Below, piece after piece: positions 1-9,008 of a stretch of 64,000 nucleotides of DNA; position 1 is the stretch's first letter, and each line of letters starts with the position of its first letter. The notes beneath the pieces are model-generated. The model was not told the DNA's origin. It did no database searches and saw only the letters and a program-made list of their open reading frames with translations. The DNA is from an uncultured Gemmatimonadales bacterium (lineage in GTDB: Bacteria > Gemmatimonadota > Gemmatimonadetes > Gemmatimonadales > GWC2-71-9). The DNA is taken from assembly GCA_963730185.1 (NCBI GenBank), contig CAVSQW010000002.1, positions 96,001 through 160,000 of the forward strand, given 5' to 3'. A program made the position numbers and the translations under genes.

Positions 1-1
1 C

Positions 2-634
2 CGGGCCGATGCCGGCGATCCGTTCGACATCCTCCGGCACGAGCTGGCCCATCTGGCCCTCCGGCAGGCGGTCAAGGGTCGCGTCCCGCTCTGGTTCGAC
101 GAGGGGTACGCGGCCGTGTCCGCGGGCGAGTTCGGGCGGCTCGAGTCGTTGGAGCTCAACCTCAGCCTGGCGCTGGGGCGGGTGCCGTCGCTGGATGCGC
201 TGGATGCCGGGTTACGAGGCGCGGAGGCCACCGCCACCACCGCCTATGCCCTGGCGGCTACGGCGGTGCTGGATCTGGCCCGGCGCAATCCCACTGGGAC
301 CCTCACCCCCCTCCTTGCCCGGCTAGGCGCGGCGGTGCCGTTCGACTCGGCGGTCGTGCTCACGACCGGGCTCCGGATCGAAGGATTCGAGGAGGCCTGG
401 CAGAAGGACGTCAAACGGCGCTACAGTCTTGGCCTCTGGCTCCTGGGTGGGGGGCTCTGGGCGGTGGCGGGTCTCCTGGTGGTGATCGCCGCGCGGATGC
501 GGCGGCGGCGGGAGGCGCCCCGCCGGGCGGCGCTGGACGCCGGCTGGGTCGTTCCGCCGGGAGAGGACGAGCCGGCTGCGCAGCTTGAAACGCCAGTGGC
601 ACGGCCGCTTGACCGTGACCGGCCACCGTCATAG
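2..634 (+). CDS. Peptidase MA-like (gluzincin) membrane protein, 5'-truncated by window edge
   Basis: Frame +2 is open from position 2 and reads DILRHELAHLAL...VPLWFDEGYA (HExxH plus downstream E), with a C-terminal TM segment. Confidence 0.75.
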   Translation, partial: RADAGDPFDILRHELAHLALRQAVKGRVPLWFDEGYAAVSAGEFGRLESLELNLSLALGRVPSLDALDAGLRGAEATATTAYALAATAVLDLARRNPTGTLTPLLARLGAAVPFDSAVVLTTGLRIEGFEEAWQKDVKRRYSLGLWLLGGGLWAVAGLLVVIAARMRRRREAPRRAALDAGWVVPPGEDEPAAQLETPVARPLDRDRPPS

Positions 635-637
635 ACT
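609..637 (+). promoter_or_regulatory. sigma70-type promoter TTGACC-N17-TAGACT
   Basis: Near-consensus hexamers with 17-nt spacer, 9 nt before ATG 647. Confidence 0.6.
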
Positions 638-646
638 TAAAGTCTT

Positions 647-838
647 ATGGCGCAAACGGATGCGCAGTCCAAGCCGCGGCGCGGGCTTTTCGGTACGCGC
701 AACCTGCTCGCGTTCGGCGCGGCAGGGTTGTGTCTGATCGTGGGATACGTCGTGCTGTCAGCGGGTCAGGCGAGCCTCGCTGCAGTCCTGCTCGTCGTTG
801 GGTATTGTGTGCTGTTTCCCTTGGCCATCGCTCTGTAG
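647..838 (+). CDS. Small two-TM membrane protein, DUF3098-like
   Basis: 63 aa, LFGTRNLLAF...GYVVL...LLVVGYCVLFPLAI pattern recalled from DUF3098. Confidence 0.6.
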   Translation: MAQTDAQSKPRRGLFGTRNLLAFGAAGLCLIVGYVVLSAGQASLAAVLLVVGYCVLFPLAIAL

Positions 839-933
839 AGCTGCCCCGGCTGGTCTCGTTCGGGTGTAGGATTCGACGCGGCAACGCGTCTCCCTGTACG
901 AGCGGCTCCTTCGGGAGGGCCGAGGCGCGCGCG

Positions 934-1007
934 GGGCGAATAGCTCAGCGGTTCAGAGCGCCTGCCTTACACGCAGGATGTCGGGGGTTCGAATCCCTCT
1001 TCGCCCA
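934..1007 (+). tRNA. tRNA-Val(TAC), CCA not encoded
   Basis: Acceptor GGGCGAA/TTCGCCC, anticodon arm CCTGC-CT-TAC-AC-GCAGG, T-loop GGTTCGAATCC. Confidence 0.97.
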
Positions 1008-1011
1008 TGCA

Positions 1012-1033
1012 CCGACGCCACGGAGGGCGTCGG
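1012..1033 (+). other. Stem-loop immediately 3' of tRNA-Val
   Basis: CCGACGCC/GGCGTCGG 8-bp inverted repeat; no U-tract. Confidence 0.45.
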
Positions 1034-1080
1034 CTCAGCCGCCTGGATCCGGGCGGACCTCGCTATGGAGGTTGTTCAGA

Positions 1081-2810
1081 ATGCATTCGCGTGTTGCCCC
1101 CCTGCTTTTCGGCTTGATGGCGCTGTCGGTGGTTCCGGCCCAAGCGCAGCTCCGCGCCAGCCGACCGCCTCGCCCGGTCCAAAATCTGCCGCGCCTGATG
1201 GTTGCCAACCCGCACTCGTTCGACGCCAAGGACTCCGCGGCGGCGGTGCGGGTTGGGAGTGGGATGCGTGAGAAGATGGAGGACGTGGCGGACAAGTGGT
1301 ATCAGGTCATCGCCCGAAACCAGATGAACGACGCCCTGGTCCAGTACGGATATCCGCCCGACGCGGTGCTCCCCCCGCTCGTCGCCCGGCAGCTTGCCTC
1401 CCAGCTCCAGGCTCGCGCCTACGTCACCTCGACCCTCCAGCGCGGCGATGCCGGCCGGGTGACGGTCGAGTCGAGGCTCCAGGGGATCAGCGACCAGTCG
1501 GGCTTCATCGTGAAGCTGGCCCAGGAGTCCAATCAGAGCTTCGAGGATCTCGGCAAGAAGATCGCCGAGGACCTGAAGGGTGCCTTCAACGCCCTGCCCG
1601 AAGCCAAGAAGTGCGAAGAGCAGATGGCGGCCGAGCCGAAGAAGGCGACCGAGGCGGCCGAGAAGGCCCTCAAGGAGCAGCCTCACTTCGCGCCCGCCGA
1701 CATCTGCCTGGCCCAGATGGCCATCGCCCAGAAGGCGCCGGCCGATCAGGTCATCGGCTACTTCAAGGACGCGGTCGAGGGAGACCGGCTCAGCCTCGAG
1801 GCCTGGGGCGGCCTGCTGGGCCAGTACCAGCAGCAGAACGACACGGCCCAGGTGGTCAGCGCCTACACCGAGATCCTCCGGGTCGCGCCCACCAACCAGG
1901 ACGTGCGCGAGTCGGCGCTCAAGTACTTCATCGCGGCCGGTAAGCCGGAGTTGGGTGAGCAGATCGCCCGCGAAGGCATTCAGAACGATCCGAACAACCC
2001 CGACCTCTGGGACCTGCTCGCCACCGCGCTGCTCCTCCAGGAGAAGCCGGAGAAGAACGCCCAGGCGCTCGACGCGCTCCAGCGCGTGGTCCAGCTGGAC
2101 TCGACCAAGGCCGACACGTCCTTCTACTACAAGGCGACCTACGTCGCCTCGCGCGAACCGGTCGACACCGCGGCCTACCTCGAATGGTCCAAGCGGGCGA
2201 CCAACAAGTACCCCAGAATTCCATCCTCCTGGGCGAGCTGATCAAGGCTTACGGCATGGCCGGCCCGCTTGACAGCGTCGTCTCGGTCACCAAGCGCCTC
2301 GTCGCGGTGGACACCAGCGACGTGACCCCGGTGGTGCGGGCGGTCCGGGCCCTGCTGGCCGCCAAGCGGTACCGGGACGCGATGGACCTCGGCTCGTACA
2401 TCGAGCGCTACGGAAACGACAACGACAAGCGGAACCTCGGCGTCGTGCTGGCCCAGGAAGGCGGCCTCGAGATCCTCCGGACCCAACCGGTGGACTTCCC
2501 GCTCGCGGTGGAGATCGGCAAGAAGGCCGTGTCGTTGGTCCAACCGGGTACCCGGGAGAACCAGCTCGCCAACTACGTGCTCGGCATCGGCCTCATGGGC
2601 GGCATCACCGAGCGCCACCAGGCGGTGGCCGACAACAAGACCTGCGAGTCGGTCGACAGCCTGGAGTCCTGGGTCAACGCCACCAAGGAAGCGCTGACCG
2701 CCGGCGCGCCGATCAACGCCGACTTCGTAAACCAGCGGCTGGCCCAGATCAACGAGGTCTACGACAAGGCTCTGCCGCAGATGCGGAAGGCCTTTTGCAA
2801 GAAGGATTGA
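1081..2810 (+). CDS. Exported tetratricopeptide-repeat protein (one frameshift near 2211-2214)
   Basis: Signal peptide MHSRVAPLLFGLMALSVVPAQA and TPR-like helices; adding one C to the CCCC run at 2211 joins ..KYP to QNSILLGELIK of ORF 2184..2810. Confidence 0.75.
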
Positions 2811-2822
2811 GCCCCCTATATT
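2795..2822 (+). promoter_or_regulatory. sigma70-type promoter for tRNA-Asp, TTGCAA-N16-TATATT
   Basis: Near-consensus hexamers ending 18 nt upstream of the tRNA. Confidence 0.55.
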
Positions 2823-2840
2823 GCACGGTTCTCAGGTAGA

Positions 2841-2915
2841 GGGGCTGTAGCTCAGCTTGGTTAGAGTGCCGCACTGTCACTGCGGAGGTCGCGGGTTCGA
2901 GCCCCGTCAGCCCCG
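2841..2915 (+). tRNA. tRNA-Asp(GTC), CCA not encoded
   Basis: Acceptor GGGGCTG/CAGCCCC, anticodon arm CCGCA-CT-GTC-AC-TGCGG, T-loop GGTTCGAGCC. Confidence 0.97.
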
Positions 2916-2928
2916 TCCCGTTCCCTCG

Positions 2929-2962
2929 ATCACCCCGCCTCGGCGTCCGAGCGCGGGGTGAT
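2929..2962 (+). terminator. Long hairpin after tRNA-Asp (terminator or processing stem)
   Basis: ATCACCCCGC-CTCGG/CCGAG-C-GCGGGGTGAT followed by TCGTTT. Confidence 0.55.
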
Positions 2963-2989
2963 TCGTTTCCCGGACTGGACCGGCTCGTC

Positions 2990-3913
2990 ATGACCTATCA
3001 TCTCCCCGTCCTGGCCGATGCCGTCGAGAGCGTGGCCTCCGCCGCCAAACGGGTCGTCGACGGCACCCTGGGTGACGGGGGCCACGCGCAGCGGTTCCTG
3101 GCTCGAGGGGCGGAGGTGCTGGGGGTCGACCGGGATCCCGAAGCCCTGGCCCGGGCCCGAGCCCGCCTCGGGAGCGACCGGATCCGCTACCGGCAGGGGA
3201 GTGCCTACGATGCGGAGGTCGGGGCTGAGATCGTCGCGTTTCGCCCTGACCTGATCCTGCTCGACCTCGGGGTGTCGTCCCGGCAGCTGGACGACGAGGG
3301 GCTCGGCTTCACCTTCCGGCCCGGTGCCTTGCTCGACATGCGGATGAGTCGGGACGGCCCCACGGCGGCGGACCTCCTCAACGAGGCGCCCGAGGCCGAC
3401 CTGGCCGCTTGGTTCAAGGACTTCGGGGACGAGCCCCGGGCGCGGCGTCTGGCCCGGATCGTGGCCCGCCGACGGACGAGCCAGCCGTTCGCGACCAGCG
3501 ACGATCTGGTCAACGCGATCCGGGAGGCGTTGGGCCCCCGGGCCGGCCCGGGCGAGTTCGCCCGCCTCTTCCAGGCGGTCCGGATCGCGGTGAACGACGA
3601 GCTCACCGGCCTCGCCGACGCGCTGCCCCGGCTCCGCGACGCCTTGGCCGATCGGGGAACCCTTGCGGTCATCAGTTATCATTCGGGGGAAGATCGGATC
3701 GTCAAACACGCCTTTCGTGACTGGAGCCGCGCCTGCGTCTGTCCGCCGGAATTTCCCGTCTGCCGCTGCCGGGGCCGGCCGTTAGGCCGGACCCTGACCC
3801 GGCGGGCGCTGACGGCGTCCGACTCAGAGGTGGCCGCCAACCCCCGGGCCCGGAGCGCCCGGCTCCGGGCCTTCGAGGTGGCCGGCGATGGCGGTGAGAG
3901 CGCCGAGCCCTAA
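2990..3913 (+). CDS. rsmH: 16S rRNA m4C1402 methyltransferase
   Basis: HLPVL, DGTLGDGGH, DLGVSSRQLD, LDMRM, FQAVRIAVNDEL, NPRARSARLR. Confidence 0.97.
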   Translation: MTYHLPVLADAVESVASAAKRVVDGTLGDGGHAQRFLARGAEVLGVDRDPEALARARARLGSDRIRYRQGSAYDAEVGAEIVAFRPDLILLDLGVSSRQLDDEGLGFTFRPGALLDMRMSRDGPTAADLLNEAPEADLAAWFKDFGDEPRARRLARIVARRRTSQPFATSDDLVNAIREALGPRAGPGEFARLFQAVRIAVNDELTGLADALPRLRDALADRGTLAVISYHSGEDRIVKHAFRDWSRACVCPPEFPVCRCRGRPLGRTLTRRALTASDSEVAANPRARSARLRAFEVAGDGGESAEP

Positions 3914-4202
3914 GGGGCGGTACTGGGTGCTGCTCTGGCTGGGCCTGTTCCTGGCCGTCGCGCTGATGGTGGTGGCCCGCCAGAAGGCCAGCCTGGAGAC
4001 CGCCCGACGCCTGGCCAGACTCCGGGAGACTCGGGCGGTGCTCGAGGCCCGCCGGGCCGGGCTGGAGCGGACCATCAAGACCCAGTCGTCGGCCCTGGTG
4101 ATCGAGCCCGAGGTGGCCGGTGACGGCCTGGCCGTCCGGCAGGACACGGCCTACACCTATCTCAAGGTCGAGGGCGGCCCGGCCGCCCGGCCCGATCGCT
4201 GA
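3888..4202 (+). CDS. ftsL: Cell division protein FtsL-like
   Basis: 104 aa, single TM followed by coiled coil, located between rsmH and ftsI. Confidence 0.7.
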   Translation: MAVRAPSPKGRYWVLLWLGLFLAVALMVVARQKASLETARRLARLRETRAVLEARRAGLERTIKTQSSALVIEPEVAGDGLAVRQDTAYTYLKVEGGPAARPDR

Positions 4203-6187
4203 TGGCCAAGCCGGTCGCCCGGATCGCGGCCTTGCAGGCCTTTCTCGTCCTGGGCGGCGGCGCCTTGGTGGCCCGGGCCGCGTACCTCCAACTGGTGCAT
4301 GGGAACGCGTATGCCCGCCAGGCGGTGGCGGAGCGGACCGTCCCCCGGAAGCTCGAGCCCCATCGCGGGACCATCTTCGACCGCCGCGGCGCCCCGCTCG
4401 CCACCTCGCTCGAGCAGTACCACCTCGGCGTCGCCCCGGACCAGGTCCGCTCGTCGGCCGTCGACTCGGTCGTCCGCTTCGCTCGCAACGACCTGGGCAT
4501 CGACGTGACCCGGCTCCGCCGTACCCTCAGGGAGCGGGGCCGGTACTTCTACGCCCACGGGCCGTTCACGGCCTCCCAGGTGGAGCGACTCCGTCACATC
4601 CGCGGGGTGGAGCTGAGTCCTCTCTACCGCCGTGAGTACCCCTCCGGTCCGCTGGCCCGGCCCCTGATCGGCTCGCTTTCACCCGACAGCTCGCTGGGGA
4701 CGTCGGGGCTGGAACGCTTCCTCGATTCCCTCCTCAGCGGCGTTCCCGGGAAGGCGGTCCTGCTCAAGGACGCCAACGGCCGGACCTACGAGTCGCCCGG
4801 GCGGGTGATCCGCCAGCCGGTGGCCGGCAACGACGTGGTGCTGACCATCGACCGCGAGCTACAGGAGATCGCCGAGGCCGGGCTCGCGGCCGCGTTCGCG
4901 GAGTACCAGCCCGCCCGGGGCGACGTGGTATTTCTCGATCCCCGGAGCGGCGAGCTCCTGGCCGCGGCCTCCCGGCAGGCGGGGGACGATGGAGGGAGCG
5001 CGCCGAGCGCGTCGTTCTTCGTGACGTCGTTCGAGCCGGGGTCGACCGCCAAGCCGTTCACAGCCGCTGCCCTGCTGTCCCTCGGCCGGGTCGACTCCAC
5101 CGATACCGTGACCGGCGAGGGCGGGAAGTGGGTGCTGACCACCGCCGGGGGCGGCACCCGGACGGTGGAGGACGACCACGCCCAGCACGAGCCGATCACC
5201 CTGGCCCGGGCGATCCAAGTGTCGAGCAACATCGCCATGGGCAAGTTCTCCGAGCGGCTCCGGCCGGAGGAGCAGTACGACATGCTGCGTTCGTTCGGGT
5301 TCGGCAGCCCGACCGGGATCGAGTTCGGGGCGGAGGCGTCGGGGTCGCTGCCCCGGCCGGGGCTCTGGCGGGCCGGGCTGCAGGGCGTGAGCGCGGCGAT
5401 GGGCTACGCCTTCACCGTGACGCCGATCCAGCTGGCGGCGGCCTACGCCGCGATCGCCAACGACGGGGTGCTGCTGGCGCCGTCGATGATCAAGGAGATT
5501 CGCGATCCGGCGGGACGGGTGATCTATCACCACGAGCCGCTGGTGGTCCGCCGGGTCGTCTCGTCCGAGATCGCGGCCCGACTCCGCGGCTTTCTGGCGT
5601 TGGCCGCGGGCGATTCCGGCACCGGCGAGCGGGCCCAGGTCCGGGGCGGGGTGCTGGGCAAGACTGGGACGGCCAAGCTGGTGCGGAACCGGGTCTACAC
5701 CGCCCACTACGCCGCCTCGTTCGCAGGGATCTTCCCGGCGAAGGATCCCCAGATCGTCGTCGTGGTCCGGATCGAGGACCCCAAGGGTGGTCGGTATTAC
5801 GGCGGCTTGGTCGCGGCTCCGCTCACCGCCCGGATGCTTCGCCAGGCGCTCGCGGCCCGCCTCACGGCCATCGACCGGGCCCGGCTGGCCGACGGCGAGG
5901 TCGTGGCGACGCGGCCGGCCCGCCGGTCGGGGTCGGCCGAACGGGCGCCGGTCCGGGTGATTACCTGGCCGCCGGGCCCCGACGCCGGCCGGTCCCATCC
6001 GGCGGTCGTGGTTCCCGACGTGGTCGGGCAGACGGTGCGGGCCGCGGCTCACGCGCTCCATCGACGGGGCTTCCGGGTGGAGCTCGACGGGGGGCTCGGA
6101 CGGGTTACGGAGACCCGGCCTGCCGCCGGCGATTCCCTGCCGGCGGGACGGACGGTCCGGGTCGTGGCAGGGAGGAGTCGGCGATGA
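4202..6187 (+). CDS. ftsI: Class B PBP (PBP3/FtsI) with C-terminal PASTA domain
   Basis: RGTIFDR, EPGSTAK (SxxK), SSN, KTGT; VVVPDVVGQ PASTA-like tail. Confidence 0.93.
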   Translation: MAKPVARIAALQAFLVLGGGALVARAAYLQLVHGNAYARQAVAERTVPRKLEPHRGTIFDRRGAPLATSLEQYHLGVAPDQVRSSAVDSVVRFARNDLGIDVTRLRRTLRERGRYFYAHGPFTASQVERLRHIRGVELSPLYRREYPSGPLARPLIGSLSPDSSLGTSGLERFLDSLLSGVPGKAVLLKDANGRTYESPGRVIRQPVAGNDVVLTIDRELQEIAEAGLAAAFAEYQPARGDVVFLDPRSGELLAAASRQAGDDGGSAPSASFFVTSFEPGSTAKPFTAAALLSLGRVDSTDTVTGEGGKWVLTTAGGGTRTVEDDHAQHEPITLARAIQVSSNIAMGKFSERLRPEEQYDMLRSFGFGSPTGIEFGAEASGSLPRPGLWRAGLQGVSAAMGYAFTVTPIQLAAAYAAIANDGVLLAPSMIKEIRDPAGRVIYHHEPLVVRRVVSSEIAARLRGFLALAAGDSGTGERAQVRGGVLGKTGTAKLVRNRVYTAHYAASFAGIFPAKDPQIVVVVRIEDPKGGRYYGGLVAAPLTARMLRQALAARLTAIDRARLADGEVVATRPARRSGSAERAPVRVITWPPGPDAGRSHPAVVVPDVVGQTVRAAAHALHRRGFRVELDGGLGRVTETRPAAGDSLPAGRTVRVVAGRSRR

Positions 6188-7650
6188 CGATGATGCGAGA
6201 GTGGCCGGGACTTCTGGACGAGCTCCGGCGCGAAGGTCTTCTGACCCGGGCCCCGGACGCGCTGCCGCCGGTCACCTCGATCACGACCGACAGCCGCCGG
6301 GTGACCCCCGGGGCCGTCTTCGTCGCGGTGCGGGGCTCGGTGGAAGACGGACACCGCTACGCCGCCGCGGCCGCCCGGCAGGGCGCCGGGGTGCTGGTGG
6401 TGGAGCAGCCGGTCGAGGAGGCCACCCCGCAGGTGGTGGTCGCCGACGCCCGCCGGGCCGCGATCGTGCTGGCCCGGGCCTGGCACGGCCGGCCGGCCGA
6501 GCGGCTGGACCTGATCGGGGTGACCGGGACCAGCGGCAAGAGCACCACCACGCTCCTGATGCGGCACCTGCTCAACGCCGGGGGCACGGCCGGGGCGATC
6601 GGGACGCTGGGGGCGTTCGACGGCGCCGGGCTTCCCATTTCCTCGACCGCGGGATCGCTCACGACTCCGGGACCCGTGGACCTCCAGGCCACCTTGGCAG
6701 CGCTGCTGGCCGCGGGCGTCGACCGGGTCGCGATGGAAGCGTCGTCCCACAGCCTCGATCAGGGTCGGCTCGACGGGCTGCTCTTCGCCGGCGCCATCTT
6801 CACCAATTTGAGCCGCGAGCACCTCGACTATCACCTCGACATGAGCCACTACCGGGCGGCCAAGCTCCGGCTGCTCGGGCTGCTCGCGCCCGGCGGCGTC
6901 GCGGCCGTGAATCGTGACGACCGGGCCTGGAGTGCGATTTCCGAGGGCACGGGGGTGGTGAGTTACGGGTTTCAGCCCGACGCGGCGCTCCGGGCGCGCG
7001 ACGCGGTGCTGGGACCGCTCGGGAGCCGGTTCGTGATCGAAGGCCGGTTCGGAACGGCGGAAGTGTCGCTGCCGCTGCCCGGCGAGTTCAACATCTCGAA
7101 CGCGCTCGGGGCCGCCGCCTGTGCCGTGGGGATGGGGCTCGAGCTCCCGGAGGTGGTTGGGCGGTTGGCCACCGCACCCCAGGTGCCCGGCCGGATGGAG
7201 CGGCTGGTCGAGCGTCCCTGCGTGGTGATCCGCGACTACGCCCACAAGCCCGATGCCCTGGAACGGGTGCTCAAAAGCCTCGCGCCGCTCAGCGTGGGAC
7301 GCCTGATCGTCCTCTTCGGGTGCGGTGGTGATCGCGATCGGGGCAAGCGCCCGATCATGGGCCGGATCGCGGCCGAGCTGGCCGACCTGGTGGTGGTCAC
7401 CTCCGACAATCCGCGAACCGAGGACCCGGAGCGGATCATCGACGAGATCCTGGCCGGGATCGCCGAGCGGGGCGCCACCCGGCGGATCGTGGACCGGCGC
7501 GAGGCGATCCGCTGGGTGCTCGGCGAAGCTCGTCCGGACGACACCGTGTTGCTGGCCGGGAAGGGGCACGAGACGTACCAGGTGATCGGCCAGGAGTACC
7601 TGCCGTTCGACGAGCGCGAGATCGTGCACGAGCTGGTGGGGGAGGGCTGA
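6184..7650 (+). CDS. murE: UDP-MurNAc-Ala-Glu:meso-DAP ligase
   Basis: GVTGTSGKSTT, MEASSH, DYAHKPD, SDNPR (DAP-type), AGKGHE; ATGA overlap with ftsI. Confidence 0.96.
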   Translation: MTMMREWPGLLDELRREGLLTRAPDALPPVTSITTDSRRVTPGAVFVAVRGSVEDGHRYAAAAARQGAGVLVVEQPVEEATPQVVVADARRAAIVLARAWHGRPAERLDLIGVTGTSGKSTTTLLMRHLLNAGGTAGAIGTLGAFDGAGLPISSTAGSLTTPGPVDLQATLAALLAAGVDRVAMEASSHSLDQGRLDGLLFAGAIFTNLSREHLDYHLDMSHYRAAKLRLLGLLAPGGVAAVNRDDRAWSAISEGTGVVSYGFQPDAALRARDAVLGPLGSRFVIEGRFGTAEVSLPLPGEFNISNALGAAACAVGMGLELPEVVGRLATAPQVPGRMERLVERPCVVIRDYAHKPDALERVLKSLAPLSVGRLIVLFGCGGDRDRGKRPIMGRIAAELADLVVVTSDNPRTEDPERIIDEILAGIAERGATRRIVDRREAIRWVLGEARPDDTVLLAGKGHETYQVIGQEYLPFDEREIVHELVGEG

Positions 7651-8999
7651 TGCGCTGGACCGACGACCGGGTGCGCGCGGCGCTCGACCTCGCCTCGGGG
7701 ACGGAGGCCCCCGAGTACCGACGGATCTGGACCGACAGCCGGACCGTGGCCCCCGGTGACCTGTTCGTCGCGCTGGCGGGCGAACGGTTCGATGGCCACC
7801 GGTACCTCGCCGCCGCCGCCCGGGCGGGAGCGGCCGGCGCCGTGGTGCGGCACGGGACCGCGTCCGTTCCGGGCCTGACGCTCTATCCGGTGGACGACAC
7901 CCTGGTGGCGTATGGTCGACTGGCCCTCGCCCGGCGGCGGGCGGTGCCGGGACCGGTGGTGGCGATCACGGGGACCAACGGTAAGACGACCACCAAGGAG
8001 ATGCTGGCCGCCGTGCTCCGGACCAGGTATCGGACCCACGCCACCCGGGCCAACCTCAACAACCTGGTCGGGGTACCCCAAACCATTCTCGAAGCGCCGG
8101 ACGAGGTCGAGGCGCTGGTGGTCGAGGCGGGCGCCAATCTGCCCGGCGAGATCGCCCGGTATCGGGAGATCATCGAGCCCGACCTGACGGTGATCACCAA
8201 CGTCGCGGCCGGCCATTTGGAGGGCTTCGGATCGCTGGATGGCGTCCGGGCCGAGAAGCTGGCCCTCGCCCGCGGGGTGCCGGTGGTCGTGGTGGGGGCC
8301 GGCGACTCGGCCCTGGCGGCCGGAGCCCGGGCGGCCGCTGGACGCACGGTCACCGCCGGGTTCGAGCCCGAGGCCGACGTCCGGCCCGATCGGGTGGAGA
8401 TGCTCGAGGGGTACGCCCGGCTCACGATCGACGGGCGGGTCGTGACCCTGGCGGTGCTGGGACGGCACCAGGGCCGGAACGCAGTGCTGGCCTGGGCGGT
8501 GAGCCGAGAGCTGGGCCTCGACCCCGACCGGGTGGCATCGGCGCTCGGGGCTGTTACGATTCCAGGAGGCCGCGGCGAGCTGGTCTCGCTGGGCGACCTC
8601 TTCGTCCTCAACGACTGCTACAACGCCAACCCGGCGTCGTTCCGGGCCGCCATCGAGGTGGCCGAGTCGATTCGGGCCGGGCGGCGGCTGGTGTTCGTCG
8701 CTGGCAGCATGTTGGAGCTCGGCGCCGAGAGTGCGGCCCGCCATGCCGAGATCGCGGAGCGCCTGGTGGCGCTCAAGCCCGACCTGCTGGCGGGCGTCGG
8801 CGAGTTCGGCTCGGCTCTGGAGCCCCACCGCGCCGAACTGGACGACCGGCTACTGCTGGCGCCCGACGTGGCGACGATGGGCCCGATGCTCGCGACCCGC
8901 CTTCGGGGCGGGGATCTGGTGGTGCTGAAGGGCTCCCGCGGCGTCGCGCTCGAGAGGATGCTGCCCTTGCTTACGTCTCGTACCGTCCATCCGGACTAG
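7650..8999 (+). CDS. murF: UDP-MurNAc-tripeptide:D-Ala-D-Ala ligase
   Basis: ITGTNGKTTTKE, NDCYNANP, MLELG, LKGSRG. Confidence 0.96.
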   Translation: MRWTDDRVRAALDLASGTEAPEYRRIWTDSRTVAPGDLFVALAGERFDGHRYLAAAARAGAAGAVVRHGTASVPGLTLYPVDDTLVAYGRLALARRRAVPGPVVAITGTNGKTTTKEMLAAVLRTRYRTHATRANLNNLVGVPQTILEAPDEVEALVVEAGANLPGEIARYREIIEPDLTVITNVAAGHLEGFGSLDGVRAEKLALARGVPVVVVGAGDSALAAGARAAAGRTVTAGFEPEADVRPDRVEMLEGYARLTIDGRVVTLAVLGRHQGRNAVLAWAVSRELGLDPDRVASALGAVTIPGGRGELVSLGDLFVLNDCYNANPASFRAAIEVAESIRAGRRLVFVAGSMLELGAESAARHAEIAERLVALKPDLLAGVGEFGSALEPHRAELDDRLLLAPDVATMGPMLATRLRGGDLVVLKGSRGVALERMLPLLTSRTVHPD

Positions 9000-9008
9000 A
9001 CTGGCCCG

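Noticed and set aside
730..1080. N-terminal extension of the TPR ORF (730..2241)
   Set aside because: It runs through the DUF3098-like gene and tRNA-Val; the real start is ATG 1081 with a GGAGG RBS and signal peptide.
934..2915. tRNA-anchored genomic island or prophage
   Set aside because: No integrase, no duplicated tRNA 3' end, and no phage genes in the window.
6520..6550. MurE P-loop variant GTSGKST (Ser for the usual Asn)
   Set aside because: A single substitution with all other motifs, including DNPR, intact; no basis for claiming altered function.
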